Assembly (NCBI GenBank): GCA_964270895.1
Contig: OZ185437.1
Source: Podarcis filfolensis
Taxonomy: Eukaryota
Direction: 5' to 3' (one strand)
DNA length: 64,000 bases
The stretch's first letter is position 1, and each line of letters starts with the position of its first letter. Below, piece by piece: positions 38,728-51,240 of the stretch. The notes under the pieces are model-generated. The model did not search any database and had not been told where the DNA came from. It was given only the letters and a program-made list of their open reading frames with translations. The translations under genes were made by a program, and so were the position numbers.

Positions 38728-41103
38728 CTTAGACCATCTATACATTTTTTTTCAAAACTGCAGAAGTATTATCTCATTCTTCCTTTTCAAGTTCAAAGCA
38801 GTAAGAGACAGCTACTACAGCAAACACAAGTCAATGGTTAAGAGTTTGCTGGGATCCATTTTAATTTATATGAACATTCAGAGTAAGCCAACAATTCTGA
38901 AGCCAAACTGTGTTTTTAATGTCCTTAAAGTTGCACTATTGGAATAATTTCATTTGTAATTATTTCTTAGGTAGTAAGCAGTTTTTTCATTGGGGTCCTA
39001 CATTTCATGTTTTCCATCAACAATAGTTCAGAAAACAGCACAGATAAATGATAACCATAATGAGCCCCATAACCTTCCTAAATCCAAATGCAACACCTCT
39101 ACACTTCAATCCTCTGTATTGATATGGAGTCTAAGGATGCTGATATTTGGGTGGGGGGGGAATATTTTTACTCATCAGAGCATGACCCAAGTAGAAGACA
39201 GGCCACAACAACAGCGCAGCCTCTATTTCATACTGTGCTCCTGTGAATGGAGAGAAGCATATCTACACTACTTACACAGTCACCTAGTTCATAGGAAGAA
39301 AAACATCATGCACTAATAAAGTACTGTTCTCTGGCCACTTTTTGTACAAACAAAATACAAGTGCATTAGCTACACAGAAGCTAATGAAACGTGACTTGGA
39401 GTAGCATCATTTTGGCCAAAATTAACAACAAAAACACAAAACTAGAGAAAATATTGATTTGTTTATATTAAATCAGTTAAAGAGGTTATACCAGTTTCAA
39501 TGTAAAGCAATGCAATTTTGATTAATCAATATATGCATCAATTATAAAGCAGCCCTTTTCATGGAAAAAATATGTTCAAAGCTTTTAACTGAGCATCGCT
39601 TACCACAGAATTATAGAAATTGCAAGCTACACATATAGCACTTCTGTAAAGAAGAATGTCAAAACAAAACTGCCAAGAACGGAACTGCTTAAATTTGGTT
39701 TTATCATAGTTCCATTTACTATAAAACAGATCAGGGCACTAGCATTTTATAAGCAGCAAGTGCTAGGATATAACCTAGCAAAGTCAGAATCCAGCTCTGA
39801 ACTGTACTGTACTTTCTGGACGATGCAAGAAAGCCATCTAGTGTTAACATTCAGGAATGAAAATTGAACACAAAAATAAGGTAAAAGAATTCACAGCAGT
39901 CTTTTCATTAGCAAGAGTCTGCACTACAAAAATATAGATACCTGTTTTCAAACAATGTTTTGCCAGCAACCAACCCTATAAAAACAGGATAACCATGCTG
40001 CAAGTATTCAAAGGTATCCTCTAACATACATTAAAAATGTAGCTGACAAACTCACTTTATATGTTAATAGGTGCATTAGATAATTATCAGCTTCAGAGCA
40101 GTCTATTGTCAAAATAAAGCAGTGAGCTAGCTACCCAATAACAGTGGAAAGCCCTGCAAATGTTGTTAAACCAAAATCCATAAAATAATGGTAAAAGTTT
40201 TCCACAAAACTACAAAGGCACTTGTGTTCCATTAAATACAGCATAAGACAAGACATTAACAAGGAGAAAGCTTTCTTTTAAAAAAATGAATTGGTGGTCA
40301 TACTTCAGACTAGAAGAAAAACAAGGGGGGAGCAGAGAAGGGGGGAGAAAACACACAGGACATCGTTTGCCATTTGCTATACATAAAAATCAAACTGCTG
40401 AAAAATCATTTAGCTGGACCAAACAATAACCGTATTCCAGCACCTACGATTGATGTACATACATTTGTTTTTCAAAACCAAAGGGAAGAGAAGATTGCCC
40501 CATTACCTCCCTTCCGATATGCCCATTTGGGGGAGGGGGAGCCTTATAAAAACATCCCAGCAATTAGCACACAGCATTTCTTAAAAAGTTAGACTAAACT
40601 TGAGGTGCCGGTTTTAGACAACTGTCCAGCGAAATGACGTCGGCAGTCCAACAGATACCACCGTTGTGCCAACCCATGCCCTAGTCCAAGCAGAATCATT
40701 TGTTTTGCAAAACTTATAAATACAGTAGATGAAATCAAGCGATGCATGGCAATGCTGCAGCAGGCACAAAAGCTGTGCGCCAGAGAGGCGAACTCTGTGC
40801 TTGTGGGGGGGAAGGCGAATTCCGACCCCTAGCCCCTCTCCCCCCCCCACAGCCTGTGCTATTTTTCCACCCACGGGAGTGGGGGTGGCTAAGCAGAGAT
40901 CCCTGAAGGAGGGAGGAAAAGGCAACTCCCTCCTGCCTTCGCCTCCTCACCTATTCCCAGGCCAGAATAACCTCCTCCAACTTTCCATCTTGACTGCCTG
41001 TCTGTCTCTGAGGGGAGACGAAGAAAGTAACGTGAGGAACCTTTGCACCATCCGCAGCAAGTGCATGAAGAAAGTGTCGCTTCCCCAACCCCCCACCAGA
41101 AAC

Positions 41104-41108
<5 letters not shown>

Positions 41109-41154
<46 letters not shown>
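41109..41154. repeat. (AG)23 microsatellite
   Basis: Counted directly. Confidence 0.97.
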
Positions 41155-41156
<2 letters not shown>

Positions 41157-41392
41157 ACTGGTGCTGTGGAGAACTAATCCCCAAAAGCCCTCCATTAATT
41201 CCTCCCTCTCTCTTTCTCTTCCACCAAAGGGGGGGAGGGGGAGGGGATGGCACAGACCTGCCCCTCCTCGGAAGACCCTTTCCCCTCAGCCGGACTGAAG
41301 GAGCCGCTCCTGCCTCTCAGTCTCGAAGCCAGCCCGGCTCCCCTTCCAGACTCCCTCACCACTTTCTCAGGAGAACCGACGCGAGAGAGACC

Positions 41393-41410
41393 CGGCGGCG
41401 GCGGCGGCGG
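41393..41410. repeat. (GGC)6 trinucleotide run just inside intron 1
   Basis: cccggcggcggcggcggcggctccc. Confidence 0.85.
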
Positions 41411-41419
41411 CTCCCTTAC

Positions 41420-41690
41420 CTCCTTTCCACACCCCAGCAGCGAAGCCGGGCTGCTCCCAGGCGAAGGAGCTCCGTCCGGTTACCTTCCTCTCCCCCCCTC
41501 GAAACCAACTGGCAGACTGACTGACTGACTGGCGGAGCGTCTCTCCCTCAAAGGGCGGCGGGGAGGGGAAGGAGGGGGGGCGACCCGAGCGAGCGCCGCG
41601 CGCGCCGCCCGTCCGCTTTAGCCGGCGCAGCTGCCCGCGCGAGGCAAGCTCCGGCTCGGTCCGTCTCAGCCGCCGGATAGGCTGGGGAGG
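41420..41690 (-). other. SIPA1L2: Putative non-coding first exon of SIPA1L2 (5' end approximate)
   Basis: GC-rich, ATG-free in its 5' part, and directly downstream of CCAAT/GC boxes. Ends in strong donors GAG|GTAAGG (41420) or AAG|GTAACC (41484). The TSS is not determinable from sequence. Confidence 0.6.
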
Positions 41691-41740
41691 AAAGGAGCTC
41701 AGCTTCGCTGCGAGGCGCGGCTACGCCTCCCTGTCTCCTC

Positions 41741-41785
41741 ATTGGCTGAGGCCGCCCCTCGGAGGGCGCCCTGACGCCCCATTGG
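41741..41785 (-). promoter_or_regulatory. TATA-less proximal promoter: CCAAT box - GC box - CRE half-site - CCAAT box
   Basis: ATTGG (CCAAT on minus) at 41741-41745 and 41781-41785, GCCGCCCC (Sp/KLF) at 41751-41758, TGACG at 41772-41776. Oriented toward SIPA1L2. Confidence 0.65.
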
Positions 41786-43332
41786 ACAGGGAGGATGCCT
41801 CTTGGGGGGGAGAGGACGCCCCGCCTACGTATTAGCAGGCGATCCCACCTTCTGCTGTTCCCCTCTCTCTCTCCCTCTCTCTCTCGGTAATTGTCTTCCT
41901 TGCCTTATAGAGCCCGCTGAGATCTGCAGCCGCCGCTCTTTCCATTTTTTTCCTGTTTCCCAGGCGGCGCGCGGGCGGGTTCCTAAAGTTCTGCCTCTTA
42001 GGACAGCTCCGCTGGGGAAAGTCTCTAAGCTGGGGGAGAAGGCCGGCGGGAAGCCCGGAGCGAAGCAGCTCACCGCCAGAGAGAGAGACTGTAACCAGCC
42101 TTGCGCGCTGCGTCTCGGATCCCGGTGGGATTCCTCATTGCGCGGCTCTGGGCGGCCAAAGGGGTTTTTTAAATGCGAATATGAAACCTACGTTGGCCAG
42201 GACGCCGATTTGCACCGCAAACTCCTCTCTTGCGTGGACGGCGATCGGACCTTGACCCGAGTCGCTGTTTAAGCGGGGGGGGGGGGGGGTGAAAAGAAAA
42301 GCGGCCATCGGTAAACTTTAATAAACGTGCCTGCCTCTAAAACTCCGGTGGGGACTCCGTAGCTCCTACAGGGCGCATAGGGCAGCCCTTTGCAGAGAGT
42401 GGGGGAGCATCCTCGAAGCATTCAATGGCATCTCGGTTTCAAGACCCTGGACAACTCCATGGTTGTAAGGCGTTGCCATTTCGTGCTCTCTTTCTGGGGC
42501 AGGTGGTGTCCTCGCAGCGAAATCAGAATCACAGAATTGTAAGGAACCGTGAGGGTCAGGTGTGCCAACTTGAATAAAATAGGGGGAAGAGAGGTAAACC
42601 CCGCCCCGCATAATCGATCACATGACACTGTGAACATTTATATGGCAATGCCCATCAGTTTGGAGGGGCAACCTCCTCAAATATTTTATTGGGGGGCCAA
42701 TCCCCCTCAGCCCCTAGGAGTTGGCTCCTATAGTGCAGGAATCTTTTGCCCAACCCTGAGATTAAGAGTCTCGTGTTCAGTTCACTGAGCTATCCCAGCT
42801 GAGTGCCAAAACGCACAAACTACCTCAAAGTCTATTTAAAAAAGTAATGGGCACATCTGTGGTAGCCACTGTAAAACAGTGGAAATGAAAAAAACGAGAG
42901 ACAGACAGCATGTAGGGACAGCTCTTTAGAAGAAGGAAGTAAATTTGCACCATGAGTTTTTATCTGAGAAGACAAAATAACTTACACATCTCTCAAATGT
43001 ATGATGATAAAAGCTACTCTTACAGTAACTTCTGTTCTGAAAACCTTACGCTTACAAATTTGCTGTTGTTGGGTGTGTAAAGCAACCTGCCCATCTCTCT
43101 AATGTGAAGCATTTTGCTGACTTCTTACATTATTTCTTATTAAAACATCCACCATAAGAAAAATCTGATTTGACCAGGTCTGGGTACTGATACTTGATAG
43201 GAATGCATGGAATGCAGAGACAGAGAGTTGTGCAGCTCATTCTGAAGGAATTATGTACCAGGTACCCAGATACAGGAAGGTCATCCTGGGAAGAAAGAAG
43301 AAGTCGTCAACATTGATTCTGACAGTGCAATT

Positions 43333-43398
43333 GTACTCAGCAATAAGTCTGAGTTTCATGGGGCTTACTCCCAAGTAAGTGTGTGCAGGATTGCAGCC
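43333..43398. mobile_element. Short quasi-palindromic squamate repeat (other copies at about 20800-20845, 37331-37400, 47685-47725, 50822-50888)
   Basis: Shared motif ...ggg(g/a)cttactccca(a/g)gtaagt...aggattgcagc recurs at several places in the window. Confidence 0.55.
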
Positions 43399-43769
43399 CA
43401 AAGCACAGTTCCCTTGTTGCACTTTGCCTTGAGGACAGGCACAGGGTTTTCAGGAAAATGCAGATGTACTATAGCCCTATATTTCCCTCTAAAATTTAGA
43501 ATAGTGCATTAAAGTTTTGGAAACAATAATTTTAAGACTTAATGCAGTTTCCAGAAGAAGTGCACTTTCATTTTTTTATATATAGGAAAAATATTAGCCC
43601 CATAAATTCAAACAGGTGTACTCCAGGGGAAAGATGTTATGACTTCAGTATGCTCTGAAAGGATATTTAATTGATTCTTTTGGGGTGTTTCCCATTAGTA
43701 AAGTAGTGATGGGAGAAGGTGTTGTTTTCTTGGCTTCATTTCTTCAGCCCCCTTGGACAAAAAGAATTT

Positions 43770-44020
43770 GAGAAGAGAAGAAGAGTTTGGATTTGATATC
43801 CCACTTTATCACTACCCTAAGGAGTCTCAAAGTGGCTAGCAATCTTCTTTCCCTTCCTCCCCCACAATAAACACTCTGTGAGGTGAGTGGGGCTGAGAGA
43901 CTTCAGAGAAGTGTGACTAGCTCAAGGTCACCCAGCAGCTGCATGTGGAGGAGCGGAATGCGAACCCGGTTCACCAGATTACGAGTCTACCGCTCTTAAC
44001 CAATACACCACACTGGCTCT
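43770..44020 (-). mobile_element. Squam3-like tRNA-derived SINE
   Basis: Minus strand: gagccagtgtggtgtattggttaagagcgg (A-box) ... gggttcgcattcc (B-box-like) ... ggtgaccttgagctagtcac ... atccaaactcttcttctcttctc tail. Confidence 0.8.
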
Positions 44021-45252
44021 CAGTGAGAGGCCCCCTCACAGGAATACATGGTCTTGATCCTCCTAAAGTTGACTCAGAATTCATCCACTAGGTGAAATCA
44101 TGTCTCGAGATGGGCAGTTGCAAGAGTCCAGGCAGTACAGTAGGCAAGATATCATTCAATTTAATAAAAGTGCTACTGCCACCAACTCTTTTAATCATAA
44201 CTGTGACATGACAGTAATGAACTCAGGGATAAAGTAGGTACTACAAAGCCCAGAGTTTTTGCAGTAGAAAATCAGCCCCAAGATATCCTGCCTTGTAGTG
44301 CTCTCTGATTTTATTAATTTTATTTTAAGTTTATGGATATTCTTCATGTATTTTGTTGTGCAAATCATTTGAAGTGGGTTTTTTGTACTTATTGTGTATG
44401 TAAGCCACTTTGAGATCTTTGAGATAGTAAAGTGATCTATAAATGTCTTTTTTTTAAAAAAAAAAGGCTGCAATTTTGAGCAAAAGAATGGTAGAGGGAA
44501 TGGGTGCTTAACCCCTCCCCATGATGATTTTTATTTAAAATCACACACAAATACCCTTTTTCACAAATACGCAAATAGAAGCAGAAGGAGAAAAGCTGGG
44601 AGGGGAAAAAAATACTTGGCAGGGAAAAGGTTACACATAGGCAAAGTGCTCCTCTGCTCAAAAACACAGTCTCCTGAGGCTCTTTTCATTACAAAACTCA
44701 TCAGGCCTTCATTACATGCATTTTCGTGTAGTGCATAGTCTGCCCCTCAAAGTTTCAATTGCTCACTAGGAAGGCATGGGGATTAACCATTCAGTAACCC
44801 TAGTTTTCACATGGCTTGGAAACAAGCAACAGACTGACATTTACAAGAATTCCCTTGTCTTGTAAATTTCACTTTTACTGCTAACCTTATTGAAACAGAG
44901 CAGGCAGACACAATGAAAATGCCACATGCTCCAGGTTGTTCTAAAATACTCAACCAATCAAGTTTACATTTTAACCTTAATATATCTGCTGTTGGGTTGT
45001 TGTTGTTTTTACCCCAGCTGCTAATGTTCATGTTTTTGTGTTGCATTAGGTTTTAATTAATTTGTTGCCTATATTACTGAAGACAATCCTGGCATCTGCT
45101 TTGATGAAGAGTGGCCTAGAAATGTTTTAAATAAGTAAAACATCACACACAACCTGACTGCATTCCTCAACTGTTTAATCAAATCCATTAATTTTTTCCT
45201 AGGCAATCTTTGTTTCAAATTGTATACAACATTACCCAGTGTAGATAGTTGC

Positions 45253-45273
45253 CTCTCTCTCTCTCTCTCTCTC
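45253..45273. repeat. (CT)10 microsatellite
   Basis: Seen directly. Confidence 0.85.
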
Positions 45274-45809
45274 CATATATAAAAAGAATCCTGTGTTTAT
45301 TTATTGATTTTTACAAATGTAATTACAAATGAGCATTTTAATTGATTAAATGAAGGTGGCATTCTGTTGAGTCATTAGGTAGCTACTCCCCAGCGAGTGC
45401 TAACTGAAAGTGCACTCTTATAAACTCAGGGTAGACATATATCCATCTAGGATACAAAGGTTTGTGGAGAATTTGTACATGGTACATATATTGTAGAAAT
45501 ATATACACTGCACATATATGCACAATGTTAATATGCTATGGCACTGAATGGCTGGTTTTAGTAGTGCCACATAGAGACTACAGTATTAAACAGTATATGA
45601 ATAGTTTTTTAAAAAAATCAGACAAGTAATAGTGTGGTGTTGGCTAGCACATTATCAACATTGATCAGCTCACGCTCGTTTTTGCATTGTGTGGGCCACA
45701 CATAGTTTTAGTGTATCTGAATTGTTTTAGTAAATATTTTGAGAGCTGCATTGAAAGCACAACTGCAGTATAAAGGTGAAACACCTGCTTTTAAAACAAA
45801 AGGAAACAA

Positions 45810-46058
45810 GATTTGATAGTCATCTTCAAACATCACAAGGGCCATCACAAGCTTGTTTTCTCCTGCTCCGGAGGGCAGGACCTGAACCAATGGATTCAAG
45901 TTACAAGAAAGGAGATTACAACTAAACATCAGGACTCCCTTGGAAGGTAGTGGACTCTCCATTGAAGGTTTTAAGCTGCCATGCATGCCTTAGTTGAGAT
46001 TCCTGCATTGCAAGGGGCTGGACCTCAGGGTCCCTTCAAACTCTACAATACTATGTTT
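45810..46058 (+). mobile_element. CR1 LINE 3' fragment with deletions
   Basis: Homologous to 35650-35980 and 63130-63450 (gtcatcttcaaa ... ggattcaagttacaagaaag ... gtcccttcaaactctacaatactatg). Confidence 0.8.
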
Positions 46059-49000
46059 CTAAGTGGGACCTGCACTTGTTGCAGTGTGGGATGCTCCCAT
46101 TGAGTGCTCCAGCCAGCCAGTGAGTCGTGGCCTCTTCGAGGACATTCTGTTACTCACCCTGCCATCCTGGGCTTCTTTGGGAGGAAGAGCATGATATAAA
46201 TTATGCAAACAAACAAATACCCATTTTTTACCAGCATCCCTTCAATAGACACTCAGTATTCAATGCCCACTCAGCACACTCTACTCTCATTAGACTGGGA
46301 GGGGGTCTTCTTCCTCCATAGGGCCTTTCTAATGTACTTTTCTGCTTCTGCAAACCTTGAGGTTCCCCCAAAACCGTTGGCACCTACCTCTTGTGCATAG
46401 ATGGTTTTTGGCTATGTAAGAATTAGCAACTGAAGAACTAAATCGTTACCGGTGTACTATATAAACTACCTTTTGCTTGGTAGATGGATGTAAATTCTCC
46501 TTAAAGGCAGGTAGGTGGAATCTATATTACTTCCGCCTTTTAAAGACTGTTCATGCCGAACAATTGAAGGTACACCTATATTTCTTCTTGTCGTGCTATC
46601 TCCAGTACCCAGAGTCCCGCATTACGCCTACAAAGCATTCTGGCTGTGTTTGAAGCCTTTTCTTCATAGCTTGTCACTGTTGTTCCTAGAAATAACTGAC
46701 AAGTGTATTAAGGGAACGAGCAAAAAATGCTATTCCCCGGATAATCCCTCTGCTTACAGTAGTTTGAAACAAAATTGAGGACACAAATGATTTTATTTCA
46801 CATGTATTTAAACCTTTCTGATTCTTTCATTAGCATATTTTCTCCAGAACCATCAAGGCCCCAATCTCTGTAAAATCATTATACAAGAATTTGCATTATA
46901 GGCAATTTCATTGTGCAGTTTACATAATGTACATTGTCTTAAGAAATAACCTGTTATGGTTCTCCACCACTAGCTGTCCTCTGTTAATACTTGCTGCTGT
47001 GGTTATTTCTGGACATGAAATCTCTGGTCCTTTTTAAAAATATGAACATTTACAGGTCGCCCTTCCTAACCATTGATTTTTCTCTCCTACCTATCACATT
47101 TCAGTAATGCTGAAATATTTATTGCATTATTGGCTACTATTACATGTGAGCTCATTTTGATGGGACCCCCTGCTGTGCTAAATGCTGTGCAGAATTCTTG
47201 ACCTTTTGCAAGCAATTCTTGGACTGAAACCAACCTGTATTATTAAGAGATCAGGGGTGTTTCAGATCCAGGGTCTGTTTGCTGCAGATTTATACTTCCG
47301 CAACCTTGCATGGAAATACTATTCCCTAAGACCTGTGCTTTTTTGTTCTAAAAAAAAAGTATGTTTGGGGGTACTCTCATTTTGACTGAAGAAAATCACC
47401 GTTTTATAGTTCAAATCAGGGAAAATAAATACAGGAAATGGACAAAAGTACAAAGATTCACAAAATGTTTAGGGGTCCCCCCAGAAAAAAGCACTGCCTA
47501 AGACCATGGAAATGCCAGCTATATTAACTTGGAACAGTGCATATTGCATCCCTTATAGACATGCTAGCACATCCCCCTAAAATTTCCTCTCTCTGCCCTT
47601 TCTCTGTAGGCCTGGCTTTCACTTGGATCACTAACAGTGCAATGCTACATTTGTCTATTTGATGTGAATCTCCTTAAATTAAAAGGGGCTTACTCCCAGG
47701 TAAGTGAGCACAGGGCTTCAGCCCTAGACAGTAATCCTTTATGCACACACTTGCACTTCCAGGCTTTCATATAATTCCAGTGGACTTTTGTTACCTCCTG
47801 ACATGCCCTTCGCCTGGTTCCTTTCCTGTTAATATTTAGATTCTGATGTTGGCACATGTGCTAATCTCCGTGGGTGATCCTTCAACCAAACCAAATGCCA
47901 TTTTCTTCCCAGTTCATAACTACACAGGAGCAGAGGAAGGAGGGATGGGCTGTTCTTCCACCCTGCTCCCACCTGCTGACGTAGCTGTTGCTTGTGTGCT
48001 ATCTGTTACAGTGTCAACAGTAACTGGGAATCCTCTGTCCATCTACTTTTCTCCCCTTCCTTCTCCTCTTCCTTCCCCCACCCTCCTTAGTACCTATTCC
48101 TAGTGCCGGAGAGAAAGTGAGGAAAAGAAGGTTCATTCTTCATCTCTCCCACCACCACCATCAGACCTGCTGCAAGCACAGTCCAGGAACTGCTGGATGA
48201 ATGGGGTGGGGGGAGTAGGAGGTTGGGGTCAGGAAAGCAATTCTGAGTACCTTTGGAGCATTGTGGGGTGTGTGTGTGTGATAACTTTAATCTACAGACA
48301 CTTAGTGGAGAGATGGTATACCGGGAAGGAAGAGGGCTGCTTTAAAAATCCACAGAAAACCGCATGCATTTAAATTGCATTAAAAAATTCTCAATTTTAT
48401 CTGTATGTATAAAGGTGAAGAAGTCTTCACCTGAACACATAAAACAGATGCCTTGCGATGGAGTTTGCCACAGTGGCTTACCTCAATCACCACTAACTCC
48501 CATGAAGTAGGCTTTACTGTGCATTCCATGAAACCCATTTCCAGAGCCCATGAAATGGGGAAAGCACTGCTTGTTTTAATTAGCAATATCCTTCAAATAA
48601 GTGTGCCTTTATATTAATTGCAGAAGCAAAGTTTCATCTAATTTTCCCCAGTTGACTAACCCCTGCCTCCCTTGTCTGTGGTTTGCCAGCAGGAAACCAC
48701 TAGAGGGGACTTATCAATATAAGATTAGAGAACATACAACGATAATCTGTACACTTGCCATGCTGACATTTTCCAGCCTTTCAGATTTGCTAAAATGAGC
48801 TGCGCAGCCACACTAACTTAATTATGCTGGGGAAGGAAATCGTTTTAAAGTTCAGCTGTCACCCCCTCCTGATCCAGATGTGGTATCTGAGATCTCTGAA
48901 CACTCTAACATAAATAATTGCACACCACCACCCATAATACAGCCTGCAGCTAATGAGCTGGATGAACCCCGATTGTAATTTCCCCACCACCTTTGAGAAA

Positions 49001-50651
49001 GGAGCCCAGCAGAAATGGCCTTTTCAATAAGAGTGTAAGTAAGCAGAGGCACTGCAAGCCACTGTTGGAGTATCAGAGCTTGGCATTCTGTGTTGGCCCT
49101 ACCACGAAACAAGCTGAGGCAGTCGATTTGCTGGCGATGGCTTGTGACTGCCACTAGGGGCAGCAGAATGAGTGACAGAGTGATAGGACTTAAGGGACAC
49201 AATCCACTCATATATTCAGGGACAATGCATCCCATTTCACTACTTGAGGCCAAATGAGAAGTGCTGCCCTGCTCTGCCACCGCTGTGCCGCTCACCACAA
49301 AAGTTCTCACCAAAATCTCACAAGACTTTGCATGCCAGAGCAGGCGCCGCTTCTCTGCCAGTGGGGTGGGGTGGGCACCCACAGGGGCTCCATCTCGGGA
49401 ACCACTGCTGCCTGAGGCAGCTGCTGCACCCCACCTTGTGTGGGCCGGGACTGCATATTCTCTCCTGCACACACCTAATGGAAACAGAAATGCAAGACTT
49501 GTTTTCCATACCACTTTACTAAGCACACAGAAACGAGACTTTGGAAAATAAAACAAATTTGAAATTACATTATAAACATGGGAAGTATATTCCAGGAAGG
49601 ATGAGCGGGTATGTTCCTGTCAAGTCCCAGTGTTCCCTCCACTCAGGCGAGTGCCCTTAACACCTCCTCCAGTACCATCCCAGCCTGAGGATGTGGCTCT
49701 GCCATCATCTTCTGACTTGGGGGTTGTTCACTCTTCACATGTGCCCTGGCTCTGAGGCTGCCTCTTTCTCTTTGAGAAAGTTTATTTAGAAAGCACAAGG
49801 GAGTCGTGACAACTTAAGAAGAACGCCATGAAGTAAAGATGCCTGCCCTAGTTAGGTCAAAGGAAATAATGTGGCCTACAAGATAAATCAAGCAGCTGTG
49901 TGTTTGAGAGTATGAAGGAGTGGGGAAACTCCATGGGCTAAGGGGCCTGGTCACCATGACAACCAGGAGGTACAGGATAGCAGTAGTGCCCCATTCTCCA
50001 TATACTGCTCCTATTAGAGAAGTTTCACCAGTCTCCTTGGCTCCTTCTTAAAGTGCCCTGCTCCATAGCCACTCAAGGACACGTGATGGCAGAATCAGTT
50101 ATGGGCCCCTTACGGTTTGCAGATACCTGTCCCAGAAGGGTGGAGCCACTGGAAAGAAAGGCCTTGTCAGCAGACAAAGCTGGTGTGTTGCTGAGACAAC
50201 ATCTTCCTTAGCTCACCCAGTGGGGACCACAGTGAGCCTGGCTTTGATAAGTGCTGCCCCTTCTCCATCAAACATCAAACCCCAGCAGGGCAGGGGAGCT
50301 TCCCATGCTCCACCACCAAGCGCCGGGTTTACACAGTTCCCGAAATATTACTTAATAACACAAAAGCTGTCCTCCTCTGCCTTTCAGCTCTTTGTTGGGG
50401 AACATTCCTGGCGTGTTTTTATTTGCAAGTGAATGCCCTTGGAGCACCCATGACCTATCAAATCAAAATTCTCCACATGGCACTGGCTGTTTTCTATAGT
50501 CATTGATAATGCTGCATCACACCAGAGAGAATCAGATTTTGTAGTGTGGCCTTAGTTACTCAGAAGCCCGGATGGGTGAATCTGCCAGTGTTGGTTTCTC
50601 TCAGTTGCTCATTTTCCCAATCTTATCTTCGGTTCTCCACATTTCCACATT

Positions 50652-50653
<2 letters not shown>

Positions 50654-50697
<44 letters not shown>
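50654..50697. repeat. (AT)22 microsatellite
   Basis: Counted directly. Confidence 0.97.
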
Positions 50698-50700
<3 letters not shown>

Positions 50701-51189
50701 ATGCAAATTCACCAGTATGTTCCTGCAGTATGTTGTGCATTTCAAAAGATGGCTGTGTTTCGGTTTCATCTTATTTGGAAATTGTGCATTGGGCAGATTT
50801 GCCTTTAAATGCAAACTGAAGTGCACTCAGATGTTACCCCTATAGAGTTCAATGGCACTTACTCTCAAGTATGTACAGGATTGTAGCTTTAAGGTAGTAA
50901 TTTAAAACTCACAATCCTTGCATCCATCATGCCTCTTCCTATAACAATGAAAACTTTCAGGCTTGTTTCCTGACCAGTTCTCACACAAGCAAAGCACATT
51001 AGAAAGCTGCCTAAAATTCCTCTGTACTTTCAACAGGATTCACATTGTGTTAAAGCACGCTAGACTGGCTGCATTTCAGCAAATGTGAAATATAATACTG
51101 CTAATCCACTGTTTGCTTTGCTGAGAATGAAGCTTAACTCTTTAAGGAGGCTTAATTTTCTCCTAAACTTCTTTCGGGGGGGGGGTGTA

Positions 51190-51198
51190 TGTGTGTGT

Positions 51199-51238
<40 letters not shown>
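51190..51238. repeat. (TG)5T abutting (AC)19 compound microsatellite
   Basis: tgtgtgtgtgt|acacac..., self-complementary about 51200/51201. Confidence 0.95.

Positions 51239-51240
<2 letters not shown>

Larger units (their letters stand above)
41250..42400. promoter_or_regulatory. CpG island
   Basis: Dense unmutated CpG (cgcgcgcgccg, ggcggcggcgg) and very high GC against an AT-rich, CpG-depleted background. Confidence 0.9.

Noticed and set aside
40729-41298. 189-aa plus-strand ORF with an (ER)n run
   Set aside because: The ER run is just the (AG)23 microsatellite, and the rest is GC-rich promoter-flank sequence.
41802-42272. 156-aa ORF in the CpG island
   Set aside because: TTG start, expected in stop-poor GC-rich DNA, and no homology recognised.
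42273-42289. Long poly-G/poly-C runs (also about 5774, 30673, 36037, 53320, 56221) as functional G4s
   Set aside because: Homopolymer lengths are error-prone in assemblies, and no other evidence of function.
48852-49556. 234-aa minus-strand ORF and overlapping ORFs
   Set aside because: Non-ATG start, no recognisable domain, and overlaps a GC-rich repeat-like patch where stops are rare. No splice or Kozak support.
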